A DNA stretch of 64,000 nucleotides from an uncultured Polyangiaceae bacterium (GTDB lineage: Bacteria; Myxococcota_A; Polyangia; Polyangiales; Polyangiaceae). Positions within the stretch are counted from its first letter, which is position 1. Each line of letters begins with the position of its first letter. This document shows, one piece after another, positions 27,323 to 36,379 of this stretch. Under the pieces are notes generated by a model, which was given only the letters and a program-made list of their open reading frames with translations, did not search any database and was not told where the DNA came from. The stretch is taken from assembly GCA_964454965.1 (NCBI GenBank), contig CAYVXY010000002.1:49426-113425 (forward strand), in the 5' to 3' direction. Made by a program: the position numbers and the translations under genes.

Positions 27323-29989
27323 TTAAGCGCTGCCAACGTTCATCGGCGGTTTGATGCTGGGACGTGCGCCCGGATATCGGGAATCTACTGGAGCCGTGTC
27401 GTTGCCGAGAACTGGGAAGGTAAATATGAAGTTCGTGCCTTTCCCCTGTTCGGAGCGCACGTCGATGCGACCGAAACGCTCTCGGACCGCTTCCCATACG
27501 GCTGCCATGCCCACCCCTCGACCAGAATGTTCGCTAGCAACATCCCGCGAGCTTACGCCATCTGCAAAGAGCGCACGCACGAGCTCTGCTTGGGTCGTCG
27601 CTGGCAGACCTTTTGCGATGGCTCGCTCGCGAATGCGTTGCCAGTCCACACCGCGGCCGTTGTCTTCGATTTCAATAATGTAGTTGCCCCCGGTGACCCG
27701 AGAGCGAAACGCTATCGTCCCAGAACTGACTCGACCAGCGGCTTTGTTCTGCTCCTCACTGGGAAGCCCGTGGTCGACGGCATTGCGGATGACGTGGGAT
27801 AAGACCTGGAAAAACCCGCTCCAGCGCTCGCGCGGAAGGCGCACGTCGCCGTCGTCGATGATGCAAGTGATCGCGCCTTTTCCGAGTCGAAGCGCCAAAG
27901 CTTTGGCTTGCTCCGCAGCGCGCTGGAACCGAATCGTCGTCGGCTCGTGCTTGAGTCGTGTCAACTGATCGGCAATCGTTGCCGCGGCGGGTACTCGACG
28001 CGCTGCGGTGATGATTTCCTGCAATTCGTCGTGGTGCACTTCGATCACGTCGTCGAGCTTGCCGCCGATCAGTGGGACAATGCGCCGGGCGAACTCGAGC
28101 CACTTTTCTGTGGCTAGCGGCAATTGTTCACGCATCTTGTCGGTGCCCTCGTCTGCGGCGCACGTTTCGAGCCGGTGACACGCTTCTGCGACACTTTGAA
28201 TACCGAACAGACTACAGTTGCCCTTCAGGGTGTGCAGCATTCTGAGCAAGGTGGTGTCATCGATATCGCGCTTGCAATTCAGCTCGTCCACCAGAGTAGA
28301 CGCTTCATTGAAGAACTCAACGAACCCATTCTTGTCCTTCATTACTCGCTCGAACACGCTGATGAATTCGCGCTGCTGCGCCTCGTTCCTCATTCGTTCA
28401 ACATCGGCAGAAATATCGGACACTATTAGCAACACCCCAAGCAACTGCTCGCCGTCCATCACCGGTCGATACGCTAATGCGTAATGTCGCCCCTGAATCG
28501 TGACAGATTTCGTCATCTGCTCCAGACATAGGTCAAGTGGCAGCATCGCCTCCACGACAGACTCCCAGCCCAATCGCATCATCGCCCGAGAGCGGTCATC
28601 CGGACCGAGCACATCGAAGAAGGGGCGTCCTTTGCCGTTGGGGAACCAGCCAGCAAAAGCGCTCGATTGTTCGTTTGCCAAAGTTCCGTCGGGCATGATG
28701 GTGACCAGCCCTTGCTCGACCGTGTCGAGAACGATGCGCATGGCATGATTCCGCTGCGCTAGTTCTGCTGTTCGCGCCGCCACCATCGCTTCCAGATTCT
28801 GGCGGTGGGCCGCCAATTCTAGATCACGAGCTGATATGTCCGCGAGCATCTCGTTGAACGCGTCTGTCAAAAGGCCGAGTTCGTCATTGCTGCAGCGACG
28901 CGCACGTACTGAATAGTCCTTGTTCGCCCGCACTTCGCGGGCTGCCATGGCAAGAGCCCCAATCGAGCGATTGATCCCTCGACCAATCCACGCAGTCATG
29001 ACCGTCGAGATGAGCAGCACCAATGCCGAGAGACCAAGACTCATACGCAATGATGCTCGTGTGCTTTCGATCTTCTGCGCAGCAACCCTGCGGACCTTGA
29101 CCGCCAACTCGCCTTCGAGGCGTCGCATGGATGAAAGCAGCTTGCTTTCGGCCGCAAACCAGTCTTCGGCGCGCGTCCCGAGCTCTTCGTCTTCGCCGGC
29201 CTCCTGAGCGCGCTTGCGCATATCTGCAATTGAAGTGACCACTGGTTCGGAAAGCACGCGCTCGATCTCGCGGATTTGTTGATCCGTCGCACTCGATCTC
29301 AGTGCATCGAGATACACCTGTTGTTCGGAGACGAGGGTTACGAGTTGGCGAAAGCTACCTGGAGGGAATTTCCCCACAGCAAGCACGTTGGCGAGCAGCG
29401 CCTGCTCTCGGCTCATGCGTTCGCTCACCTCGAGCGTACCAACGAGCATGGTGATGTTGCGCAGCAATTCTCCGTCATTCGATAGCTGAGTGAGTGCCGC
29501 CGTGGCGTTGATGAGCGCCGTGGTGGCCTTGCCTTGGCGCTCAAGAAGTTGGGCCAGACTCAGTTGGCCCTCATCGGCTTGCTTGCGCGTGGCTTCGAGG
29601 AGTTTGAGCGACTCAAGCGCTGCGCCAAGGTCGCGGGCCAAGCGGGCAGGCAGAGATCGCACGTCACGTCCTGCCAAGAAAGCCTGTAGTGCACCGAGCC
29701 GCTGGTCACTCTCTGCTCGAACACGGCGCAACTGCGGACTTTCCTTGGTCGCTTTCGGCAGATCCAGAGCCGTCTGGGCGCGCTCGTCTTGAAGCCCATG
29801 AATCGTATCACTCATCGCAGCAGAGAGCCGAGCCAAGTCTTCTATCGTTCCCAAGGCCTCGGCGCTCCGCGCCTGTTGTTGCGCATCGCGAGCCAATAGA
29901 ATCCCGAGAACGAGTGCACCTGCCACCGGGATCCCAGCGAGAAGCAGCAGCTTGAGGTGGATTGGTATAGTGACACGCTGAGCCATCAT
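27323..29989 (-). CDS. Membrane-bound sensor kinase: NIT (nitrate/nitrite-sensing) - HAMP - PAS-like - HPt - CheA-type P3/P4 catalytic core, with no P5/CheW-like domain and no receiver
   Basis: TM1 aa ~12-32. NIT-like helical domain (GLQDERAQTA ... EVSERMSREQALLANVLAVG..FRQLVTLVSEQQVYLDAL). TM2 ~aa 318-338. HAMP (NDELGLLTDAFNEML). HPt (LLRMLHTLKGNCSLFGI). CheA-like N/G boxes (LSHVIRNAVDHG, IEDNGRGVD, SGRGVGM, GKGTNF). Confidence 0.85.
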   Translation of the reverse strand: MMAQRVTIPIHLKLLLLAGIPVAGALVLGILLARDAQQQARSAEALGTIEDLARLSAAMSDTIHGLQDERAQTALDLPKATKESPQLRRVRAESDQRLGALQAFLAGRDVRSLPARLARDLGAALESLKLLEATRKQADEGQLSLAQLLERQGKATTALINATAALTQLSNDGELLRNITMLVGTLEVSERMSREQALLANVLAVGKFPPGSFRQLVTLVSEQQVYLDALRSSATDQQIREIERVLSEPVVTSIADMRKRAQEAGEDEELGTRAEDWFAAESKLLSSMRRLEGELAVKVRRVAAQKIESTRASLRMSLGLSALVLLISTVMTAWIGRGINRSIGALAMAAREVRANKDYSVRARRCSNDELGLLTDAFNEMLADISARDLELAAHRQNLEAMVAARTAELAQRNHAMRIVLDTVEQGLVTIMPDGTLANEQSSAFAGWFPNGKGRPFFDVLGPDDRSRAMMRLGWESVVEAMLPLDLCLEQMTKSVTIQGRHYALAYRPVMDGEQLLGVLLIVSDISADVERMRNEAQQREFISVFERVMKDKNGFVEFFNEASTLVDELNCKRDIDDTTLLRMLHTLKGNCSLFGIQSVAEACHRLETCAADEGTDKMREQLPLATEKWLEFARRIVPLIGGKLDDVIEVHHDELQEIITAARRVPAAATIADQLTRLKHEPTTIRFQRAAEQAKALALRLGKGAITCIIDDGDVRLPRERWSGFFQVLSHVIRNAVDHGLPSEEQNKAAGRVSSGTIAFRSRVTGGNYIIEIEDNGRGVDWQRIRERAIAKGLPATTQAELVRALFADGVSSRDVASEHSGRGVGMAAVWEAVRERFGRIDVRSEQGKGTNFIFTFPVLGNDTAPVDSRYPGARPSIKPPMNVGSA

Positions 29990-30560
29990 TGCCTCGCAGC
30001 CGTCGCGCTAGGGCGGAGCTTCAGTCGAGACAACGGCGGACTCAGAAAAACGATAAGTCGGAATAGTGCCGCGATTGGTTGTGTACGCCTGCTGTACCGG
30101 TCCCACGGACAATCGCGACCTTGCTCCCGTAGGGAGTAGGAAAACAGCCTACCGTCATAGCAAACGCGTCCGTCTGCTTCTACTCCAACTGTGGTCGCTT
30201 GAGTTGGCTTCAAGTGCCTGGTGAGCGTCGATCGTTTTCAGCTGCGTCTGCTTCTCCAGAGCAGACTTCTCGGCAGCTGCTGCGTGCAGTTCAGCCGCAG
30301 CCAAGCCGCGTTCGAGCTGAGCCGCGCGCTCGTTCTTGGTCTCGCTCAATGAACACCCGCCGGGCATGGGCCGACAAACGTCCCCTGCTGCGTCAGATTA
30401 ATCCCCCGACATTGCTGTACTACCTGCGACACCAGCAGCATCGGGGTAACCACCCGAATTTACGGCCAACTCGCACTGGCGATTTCCCTATCTTGGGATC
30501 GGCCAAGTACCGGGCCGTAGTCACGCCTAACCAACATCATGGAGCTCGAACTGACCGAAG

Positions 30561-31046
30561 CTACCTTCTCTTCGGCGCTGTCGTCGGCTGAGTCAGCCCG
30601 TCACCGGATAGTCCGCGGTCAAAGAAGGCCACTGCCTCGTCACCAACTTGCCGCTGGACAAGTGCGCGATCGACGGCCGGGTCGGGATCGTTGCACACCG
30701 CCGAGGCCACCCGTCGACCAAGATCGTTGCACAGCGCCATGAAGACGAAGTGACCACCATGCACGAGCTCGGTGAGCTGTGCGCCAATCGCAGCGCGTCC
30801 CAGGAAGATCCTTTCCAAGACGAAGTCCCGCCCCACTGCTTCCGCAGTGGCCGGATACCAGAGCCGCGTGGGAAGCGGCCGCTGACGCGTGGCATCAAAG
30901 AAGGCGAAGGTCGTCTGTCCGACGTGGAAGGCCGAACGCTGTGCGGCGAGCACTTGCGGCGCTTTGATCGCGGGCGAGGCCCTACCGCAACCCAGCAAAG
31001 CTAAGGCACAACTCAGAATCGCTTCCCGATGAGAAGGCATCGACAC
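30561..31046 (-). CDS. Lipoprotein that looks like an internally deleted alpha/beta-hydrolase (PAF-acetylhydrolase/dienelactone-hydrolase-like) remnant
   Basis: Lipobox ALALLGC. The N-terminal block is FHVGQTTFAFFDATRQRPLPTRLWYPA. The C-terminal block is LVHGGHFVFMALC....C..DP...... AVAFFDRGL. No nucleophile-elbow (G/H-S-x-G-G) segment lies between them in 161 aa. Confidence 0.55.
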   Translation of the reverse strand: MSMPSHREAILSCALALLGCGRASPAIKAPQVLAAQRSAFHVGQTTFAFFDATRQRPLPTRLWYPATAEAVGRDFVLERIFLGRAAIGAQLTELVHGGHFVFMALCNDLGRRVASAVCNDPDPAVDRALVQRQVGDEAVAFFDRGLSGDGLTQPTTAPKRR

Positions 31047-31321
31047 CGAGCTCGCAGGCTACCGGCCGGTATCGGCCCAAGTCAACGTCGGCCCTGACGT
31101 TGATGCCGGCCAATGCGGCAAAACGGCAGTCCTAACTGCCCGCGAAACCTATTGGCCACGCCCCCCGTAGAGGGAGATAGAATGATTGTCGAAGCAGTTT
31201 CCGGCCGCGGCTCCAACGATTTCGGTGTTGGGCAAGGGGCGGAGCAGACTTCATTGTCCCAAGGCCCATCGAAACTCGATTGCCAGGCATACCCTTCTGG
31301 CGCGTACGAAGGCACGTAAAA

Positions 31322-32206
31322 ATGACCGTCTATTCGGACACTGCGGTATCTCGCTACATGTCGCGTGCAAATCAGTTTCCAAAGCTCTCGCGCGAAAAGG
31401 AGCTAGAACTCTTCGACCATTGGCAGAGCCGAGGCGATTTGACTGCCAAGGAAGAATTGGTCAGCGCCAATTTGCGCTACGTCATAACGATTGCCTTGAA
31501 GTATCGCCACTATGGGCTGCCGCTAGCCGACCTGATTTCGGAAGGTAACGTCGGAATCGTTCATGCCCTGGGCAAATTCGATCCCGAGCGCAAATTCCGC
31601 TTCGTCACCTATTCAGCGTACTGGATCCGAGCGTTCATTCTGGATTATGTGATTCGGTCTTGGAGTCTCGTGGGTGCTGGGTCAGGTGCCTTGCGGTCCA
31701 AGATGTTTTTCAAGCTGCGCCGCGAAAGAGTTCGAGTCACCAATCTCGTTGGCGATGGTGAGCGAGCCAACGAGCTCCTGGCAGAACGGCTCAACCTGTC
31801 GCGCGACCAAGTTGTCGAGATGGTCGGTAGGGTGACGGTAAGAGATGTCTCCTTGGACACCAAGGTATTCGACGACAGTGGAACTGCACTGGTAGACACC
31901 TTGGTTTCGCCCAGCACGAATCAAGAAGAGGCCTATTCGAGTTCGCAGGGCCAGCAACACATGCGTGACGTCGTGAATGCCGCGCTAAACGTTTTGGATC
32001 GACGCGAACGATTCATCGTAGAGCAACGAGCCATGGCTGACTCGGACCAAGAGAAGTCATTGGCCGAACTTGGCCGACATCTGGGAGTGTCGCGGGAACG
32101 CGCTCGCCAGTTGGAGGTGCGCGCCATGCGCAAATTGAGGTCGAGCATCGCTGAGATGGCCGGTGGCGACAGCGTGGCTAGTCTGGCGTTCGGCCGCGCC
32201 GCTTGA
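31322..32206 (+). CDS. Sigma-70 family sigma factor, RpoH-like (copy 2, paralogue of 23470-24354)
   Basis: MTVYSDTAVSRYMSRA..LVSANLRYVITIALKYRHYG..DLISEGNVGIVHALGKFDPERKFRFVTYSAYWIRAFI..KMFFKLRRE..SLAELGRHLGVSRERARQLEVRA. It is collinear with copy 1 over its whole length. Confidence 0.9.
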   Translation: MTVYSDTAVSRYMSRANQFPKLSREKELELFDHWQSRGDLTAKEELVSANLRYVITIALKYRHYGLPLADLISEGNVGIVHALGKFDPERKFRFVTYSAYWIRAFILDYVIRSWSLVGAGSGALRSKMFFKLRRERVRVTNLVGDGERANELLAERLNLSRDQVVEMVGRVTVRDVSLDTKVFDDSGTALVDTLVSPSTNQEEAYSSSQGQQHMRDVVNAALNVLDRRERFIVEQRAMADSDQEKSLAELGRHLGVSRERARQLEVRAMRKLRSSIAEMAGGDSVASLAFGRAA

Positions 32207-32399
32207 GCCGCGCGCGGGATGATTCAGCGCCCGGCGCACGCAGCCAATCCAGTCGCAGCAGATCGTTTTTCTCACGCTGCCACGGTGATTCTCAGTGGGA
32301 ACAGTGATCTGCACAGTTACCAAGGGTGCCTTGGATAGGTACCGGAATGGCTCAAAGTCTCGTTGACTCCGGGACTCTTTTTCGTTTGAGTCAGGCATC

Positions 32400-34784
32400 A
32401 TGCCCAAGGGGAACACCTGGAGATTTGCGCGAGGATTCAGTGCTCTAGGACTCGCTTTAGTGTTGCTATTGCCCGGTCTGGCAGAATCCGCCGAAGCGCC
32501 GTCCGGTGATCCACATTGGTTCCGCTTGGGCAATGTAGTGGGCGCGGTATGGGAAGAGGGCAAAGGTCAGCTGCATATCGTAGGCGATCGTGACGCCAAA
32601 GCGGCGGGGTTTTCGGCTCAGGATCTCGCGGTGGCGCTCGAGTGGGGTAGTGGCCGCGCCGACAACCCAGGCTACGTGTCGATTGATCCAAAGCCTGCGG
32701 ATCCGAAGGGCCCCTTCATGGATGTCGTCGTCAACGATGAAGCGCTCAATACATCGTTTGGCTGGACGATGTTCGAGGCAGACCGCGTGATGAAGTCCAT
32801 GGCTCTTGGCGCGGACAGCCTCACGCGCGCTATGGTTGACATCCCGGTGCCGGGTTTCAAAACCATAACCAAGATCAGCGATTCCCGTTCGGACGCCTCA
32901 ACGGACATTTGGTCACGGTTCTGGTTTCGTCCGGGACCGCACCAGGAGCAAGCCGACCGGCACGCCTTCAGAATCTCGAATGCAACCGTCAGGATTGACA
33001 CTGAAGTTCTGCTGCGAAAGGGCAACGCGCTGGTAAGCTCTGGTGGCAAGCGGGATCCCGTTGCCGATGAGTTTGCGAATTTCTTCAACTCAAACTATGA
33101 CAAACTAGCCCGCGAAGAGCCCGTTTTGCAGCGTTTGCAGCAGTTGTTCAGGCTACTGCTCGTAGCTGAGTGGGTTCGCTCGCAACGATTCCCCATAGAT
33201 TCTGCCTATCTGCGTCATGCAGCGGAACCCCAATTCCCCATGCCGATGGAAACACCATCGATAGGCGTGGAGTCGATATCGACGCATGGAGCTGCTGTTC
33301 GTCATGCGCAGGTGTTTGGTGGCGTTAGTTTTGCGGGACTGGAATTGGCAGTAGCGCGCGCCAATCTCGAGCGATTCGCGACCGACGCACTCGATGCTGC
33401 CCGCAAACCACATTCAGTGGCCACCGCCCAAACTGGCGCCGGGGTTGCAGTGGCCTCCATCCCTCCGGATGCCACCCGCAGGCCGCGCTATACGAAGCAC
33501 CTCCTCGCCAAAATCCCACTACTTGAAGGAAGATTCCTCGAACTTTGGGGGCGTCCACCGGTGGGCGGCGAACTGTCAGAATACGATGCGGAAGATACCG
33601 TCTTGGCTCAGCCGGAACTATTTGGGGTCAATCCGAATCCAGTCACCTTCGAGCGTGGTGTATTGGGGCCATCTGGAAGTTCTCGTCGGACTGAGAAGCG
33701 CGGAGTGCAAGGGCAGGAGCCATTCCCTTTGCGTGCTTACCAATTGTTCGATGTAGAAGGCCAACTGTGCGGAAACTTCACCAAGCATCGTCTTGACCAG
33801 CAGATGGCACGTTTCGTGGTCGAACCACTGGACGCATCTGATCCCTGGGTACTGCTCCCTGACGGAGAATCGCTGGTTTGGGCTCAGCAAAGTCCCGAAC
33901 ACTTGTTGCATTTCGAACCGAGGAGTGGCCTCCTGCTTGCAGAGCAATTTGGGCGCCAGTTGGTCATATATCAGCGCAACCGACATCAGACGCTGGAACG
34001 CATTACTCTAGCGGACCAGAGCGGAAAGGAGCAGCCACTCTTCCAAGGTACGCTCGGCAACAATGGTCGGCGTCTCCTGTCGCTGCGTCCAGTATCCGGT
34101 GGTACATCTATCGAGCTGACCCATGCCAGCAAGAGGCTTTGGCCAGCCTCCGAACGAAAGCAGCAACTGAAGGTTCGATCCCCCTATCAGAAGCCAGGTG
34201 AGTGGCGCACGCTCTCGATTGACATGGACACTGGAACCTTGGAGGGAACTGGCACCGACGCACGGCTCGCGGAATACCTCGGCATTCAGGGTCATCGGAT
34301 TGCGCGAGCGCTACTGCAAGCGCGAGATACACCAACGGTTCTCGGCCTGGGTGCGCGCACCCTGGTTATCTCCGGAAAGACTCGTGAGCTCTGGTTGTTG
34401 GACACCTCGGTGGAGAATCGAACTCGATTGGTCAGTCTATTCCGACGCGCAACAGACACGGCACCCGAAGATGCACTCGAGGCCGAAGACGGTTTTACCG
34501 CGTTCATCTTCAAGTCAGCCAAAGAGTACCAAGTAGAATTGACGGCAGGTGACGGTCGACATGTATCCCTCTCCGGTGCAGAGGCGCAGGCATTTGTCCG
34601 AAGCCGTCGAAATGCGACCAGGCCCACGCCAGGGCCAGCGGATGACCTGATTCAACACGGGTTACCAGAGAAGCAGAACCGCGAGCAACGCGAGAAGCTG
34701 TATCAACTGATGCTCCCCAGAGCATCTTTCGACCCACTCGATAGCCGGGTTCACGCTGCCCGCCACGCACGGCTCGCAGGCTAA
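32400..34784 (+). CDS. Large (794 aa) secreted hypothetical protein
   Basis: Signal peptide MPKGNTWRFARGFSALGLALVLLLPGLAESAEA. It is a long, uninterrupted ORF with coding-like composition. No domain recognised by eye. Confidence 0.75.
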   Translation: MPKGNTWRFARGFSALGLALVLLLPGLAESAEAPSGDPHWFRLGNVVGAVWEEGKGQLHIVGDRDAKAAGFSAQDLAVALEWGSGRADNPGYVSIDPKPADPKGPFMDVVVNDEALNTSFGWTMFEADRVMKSMALGADSLTRAMVDIPVPGFKTITKISDSRSDASTDIWSRFWFRPGPHQEQADRHAFRISNATVRIDTEVLLRKGNALVSSGGKRDPVADEFANFFNSNYDKLAREEPVLQRLQQLFRLLLVAEWVRSQRFPIDSAYLRHAAEPQFPMPMETPSIGVESISTHGAAVRHAQVFGGVSFAGLELAVARANLERFATDALDAARKPHSVATAQTGAGVAVASIPPDATRRPRYTKHLLAKIPLLEGRFLELWGRPPVGGELSEYDAEDTVLAQPELFGVNPNPVTFERGVLGPSGSSRRTEKRGVQGQEPFPLRAYQLFDVEGQLCGNFTKHRLDQQMARFVVEPLDASDPWVLLPDGESLVWAQQSPEHLLHFEPRSGLLLAEQFGRQLVIYQRNRHQTLERITLADQSGKEQPLFQGTLGNNGRRLLSLRPVSGGTSIELTHASKRLWPASERKQQLKVRSPYQKPGEWRTLSIDMDTGTLEGTGTDARLAEYLGIQGHRIARALLQARDTPTVLGLGARTLVISGKTRELWLLDTSVENRTRLVSLFRRATDTAPEDALEAEDGFTAFIFKSAKEYQVELTAGDGRHVSLSGAEAQAFVRSRRNATRPTPGPADDLIQHGLPEKQNREQREKLYQLMLPRASFDPLDSRVHAARHARLAG

Positions 34785-34795
34785 GTCCAGGGCCA

Positions 34796-36379
34796 CTAAC
34801 CTTTGGCACAGTTGGGCGCAGACGCTTCGTGAAGCTCAAAATCCGCCACTTCGCGCTTGGTTGCGCCGAAAACCACATACACATCGGACCCAATACGCGT
34901 GACGTGATCGCCGTACTTGGAAGCTGCCTTCGAATACCCGTCGCTTCGATAATCAGCGAGTAGAGCAGTCAGGAGTTCAGCGGGGTCTGCGCCGCTAACA
35001 CGACTCATGGCGGTTTCCGCGCGTGCTCTGCCGTAGATCGTCCGGCTAACACCAGGCGCATCTTCGATTCGAAGGCCAAGGACCAGATCACTTCCATCGA
35101 CTTCAAGGGATGACAAGCGCTTTCCAAGCTCCGGCTGCAGCCCCGCACGAACTGCGTTCAAGTCAGTGCGATCACGATGTGCTCGGGCAAAAATGCCAGA
35201 GAGTTCCATGAGAGCAACGGCGGTCTCGCCCTCTGCATCCTGTAGAATGGGACCCGGTTTACGACACCCGTTCAACTGGCGTCCTAGGCTTGAGGATGAA
35301 CGAGCAGCCCATTTGCCTGTCATTTTGCTCTTGAATTGTTGGGTAGTGAGTTGGTGCTTTGACGAGTCGATGCTCGTGGGTTGGATTGCCAACCACCCAT
35401 AGTCCGCTTGCGCAAGAGTGCTCTGAACCCCATTCCCATGTGCCGAACCAACCAGCATGACGGCAAGTTGCTGCGGCGCGGCTCTGGAGATTGACAGCAT
35501 GTTCAGCGTCATCACACGGCTGCGTTGGTTCGTCACTTCGAAGAATTCCAGGACTCGCTCGAAGTCGTTCTCAATCTCCGGCTCGATGTAGACTTGACGC
35601 GAGCGAGCTCGCTCACGAATTCGATGCATCTGCTCTAGGACTTGCTCGGTGGATCTGTCTAGACGTTCCGTGGTCCGCCATTCCTGAGTGACCCAAGGAT
35701 CGGCCGCCAAAATGCGTTGCCAGGTGCGATCGCGGTCACCTACTTTGGCGAGTTGTGTGGCCTCCTCCCGACTGAGCGCTGCCGCGCCGATTCGGATTAG
35801 GTACTCGGCCTCTGGGTTACCGGTAACGGTCAATTCCTTGGCGTAGAGATCGGGCTGCTCCAGGCCATGTACCGGTGTGGGGCTTAGCACTGCGACATAT
35901 TCGGCTGCACTGATTTCCCCCTGAGCCAGTAGCGCTGTGAGCGAGTCAAAGGCAAGACTCTTGTCCTTCTCGAGTTCGAACAATCGACGCACGCGCGGCG
36001 TGTTCAACTGCGTGCCAGTCGCTGCACCCTCCACGCCAACGACAATGCTGGCCTGTTGGTGCAACCGGAGCAGCATGATGGCGATTTCGATCTGGCTCAG
36101 GATTGAGGAATGATTCTCCTGAATCACGATCACGAAACCTCGGGATCCTCGTGTCGGATTTGCATTCAACGTACCAACACCGTTGGCACACCGTCGTGCG
36201 AGTTGAACCAGCTTCTCGGGGGCGCCACTCATCCCAGCACTTGATTGCGTGGCACGTGCAGGCGTCTGACGAGTGCCACCACAGCCAAGCACGAACGCAA
36301 ACAGCAGCATGGTCGTGAGCCAAGCTTGGGTCTTGAGTGCACTCCGCGCTACTAGCCTATGGGTAGATGGGTGAGACAC
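34796..36379 (-). CDS. Lipoprotein, possibly ChaN/erythromycin-esterase/TraB/Tiki-superfamily-like
   Basis: 527 aa. Lipobox LLFAFVLGCGG. The blocks are GFVIVIQENHSS..(about 30 aa)..IVVGVEGAATG and AVMLVGSAHGNG (the E.H / G..H two-block pattern). The start overlaps the upstream TIR gene by 28 nt. Confidence 0.65.
   Translation of the reverse strand: MSHPSTHRLVARSALKTQAWLTTMLLFAFVLGCGGTRQTPARATQSSAGMSGAPEKLVQLARRCANGVGTLNANPTRGSRGFVIVIQENHSSILSQIEIAIMLLRLHQQASIVVGVEGAATGTQLNTPRVRRLFELEKDKSLAFDSLTALLAQGEISAAEYVAVLSPTPVHGLEQPDLYAKELTVTGNPEAEYLIRIGAAALSREEATQLAKVGDRDRTWQRILAADPWVTQEWRTTERLDRSTEQVLEQMHRIRERARSRQVYIEPEIENDFERVLEFFEVTNQRSRVMTLNMLSISRAAPQQLAVMLVGSAHGNGVQSTLAQADYGWLAIQPTSIDSSKHQLTTQQFKSKMTGKWAARSSSSLGRQLNGCRKPGPILQDAEGETAVALMELSGIFARAHRDRTDLNAVRAGLQPELGKRLSSLEVDGSDLVLGLRIEDAPGVSRTIYGRARAETAMSRVSGADPAELLTALLADYRSDGYSKAASKYGDHVTRIGSDVYVVFGATKREVADFELHEASAPNCAKG

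Noticed and set aside
25943-27802. 619-aa plus-strand ORF, one of the longest in the track
   Set aside because: It lies in an alternative frame of the norB gene and runs antisense into the kinase gene. It is Arg/Pro/Gly/Trp-rich with no motifs, a typical GC-rich shadow ORF. The norB frame has unmistakable heme-copper oxidase motifs.
30155-30367. 70-aa minus-strand ORF (coiled-coil-like, ..ERAAQLERGLAAAELHAAAAEKSALEKQTQLK..) between the hydrolase remnant and the kinase gene
   Set aside because: It has no signal peptide despite a GGC motif. No alternative upstream start exists because a stop lies 10 codons upstream. It has no SD that I can see and is too short to judge. It is not listed as a feature, but it could be a real small protein.
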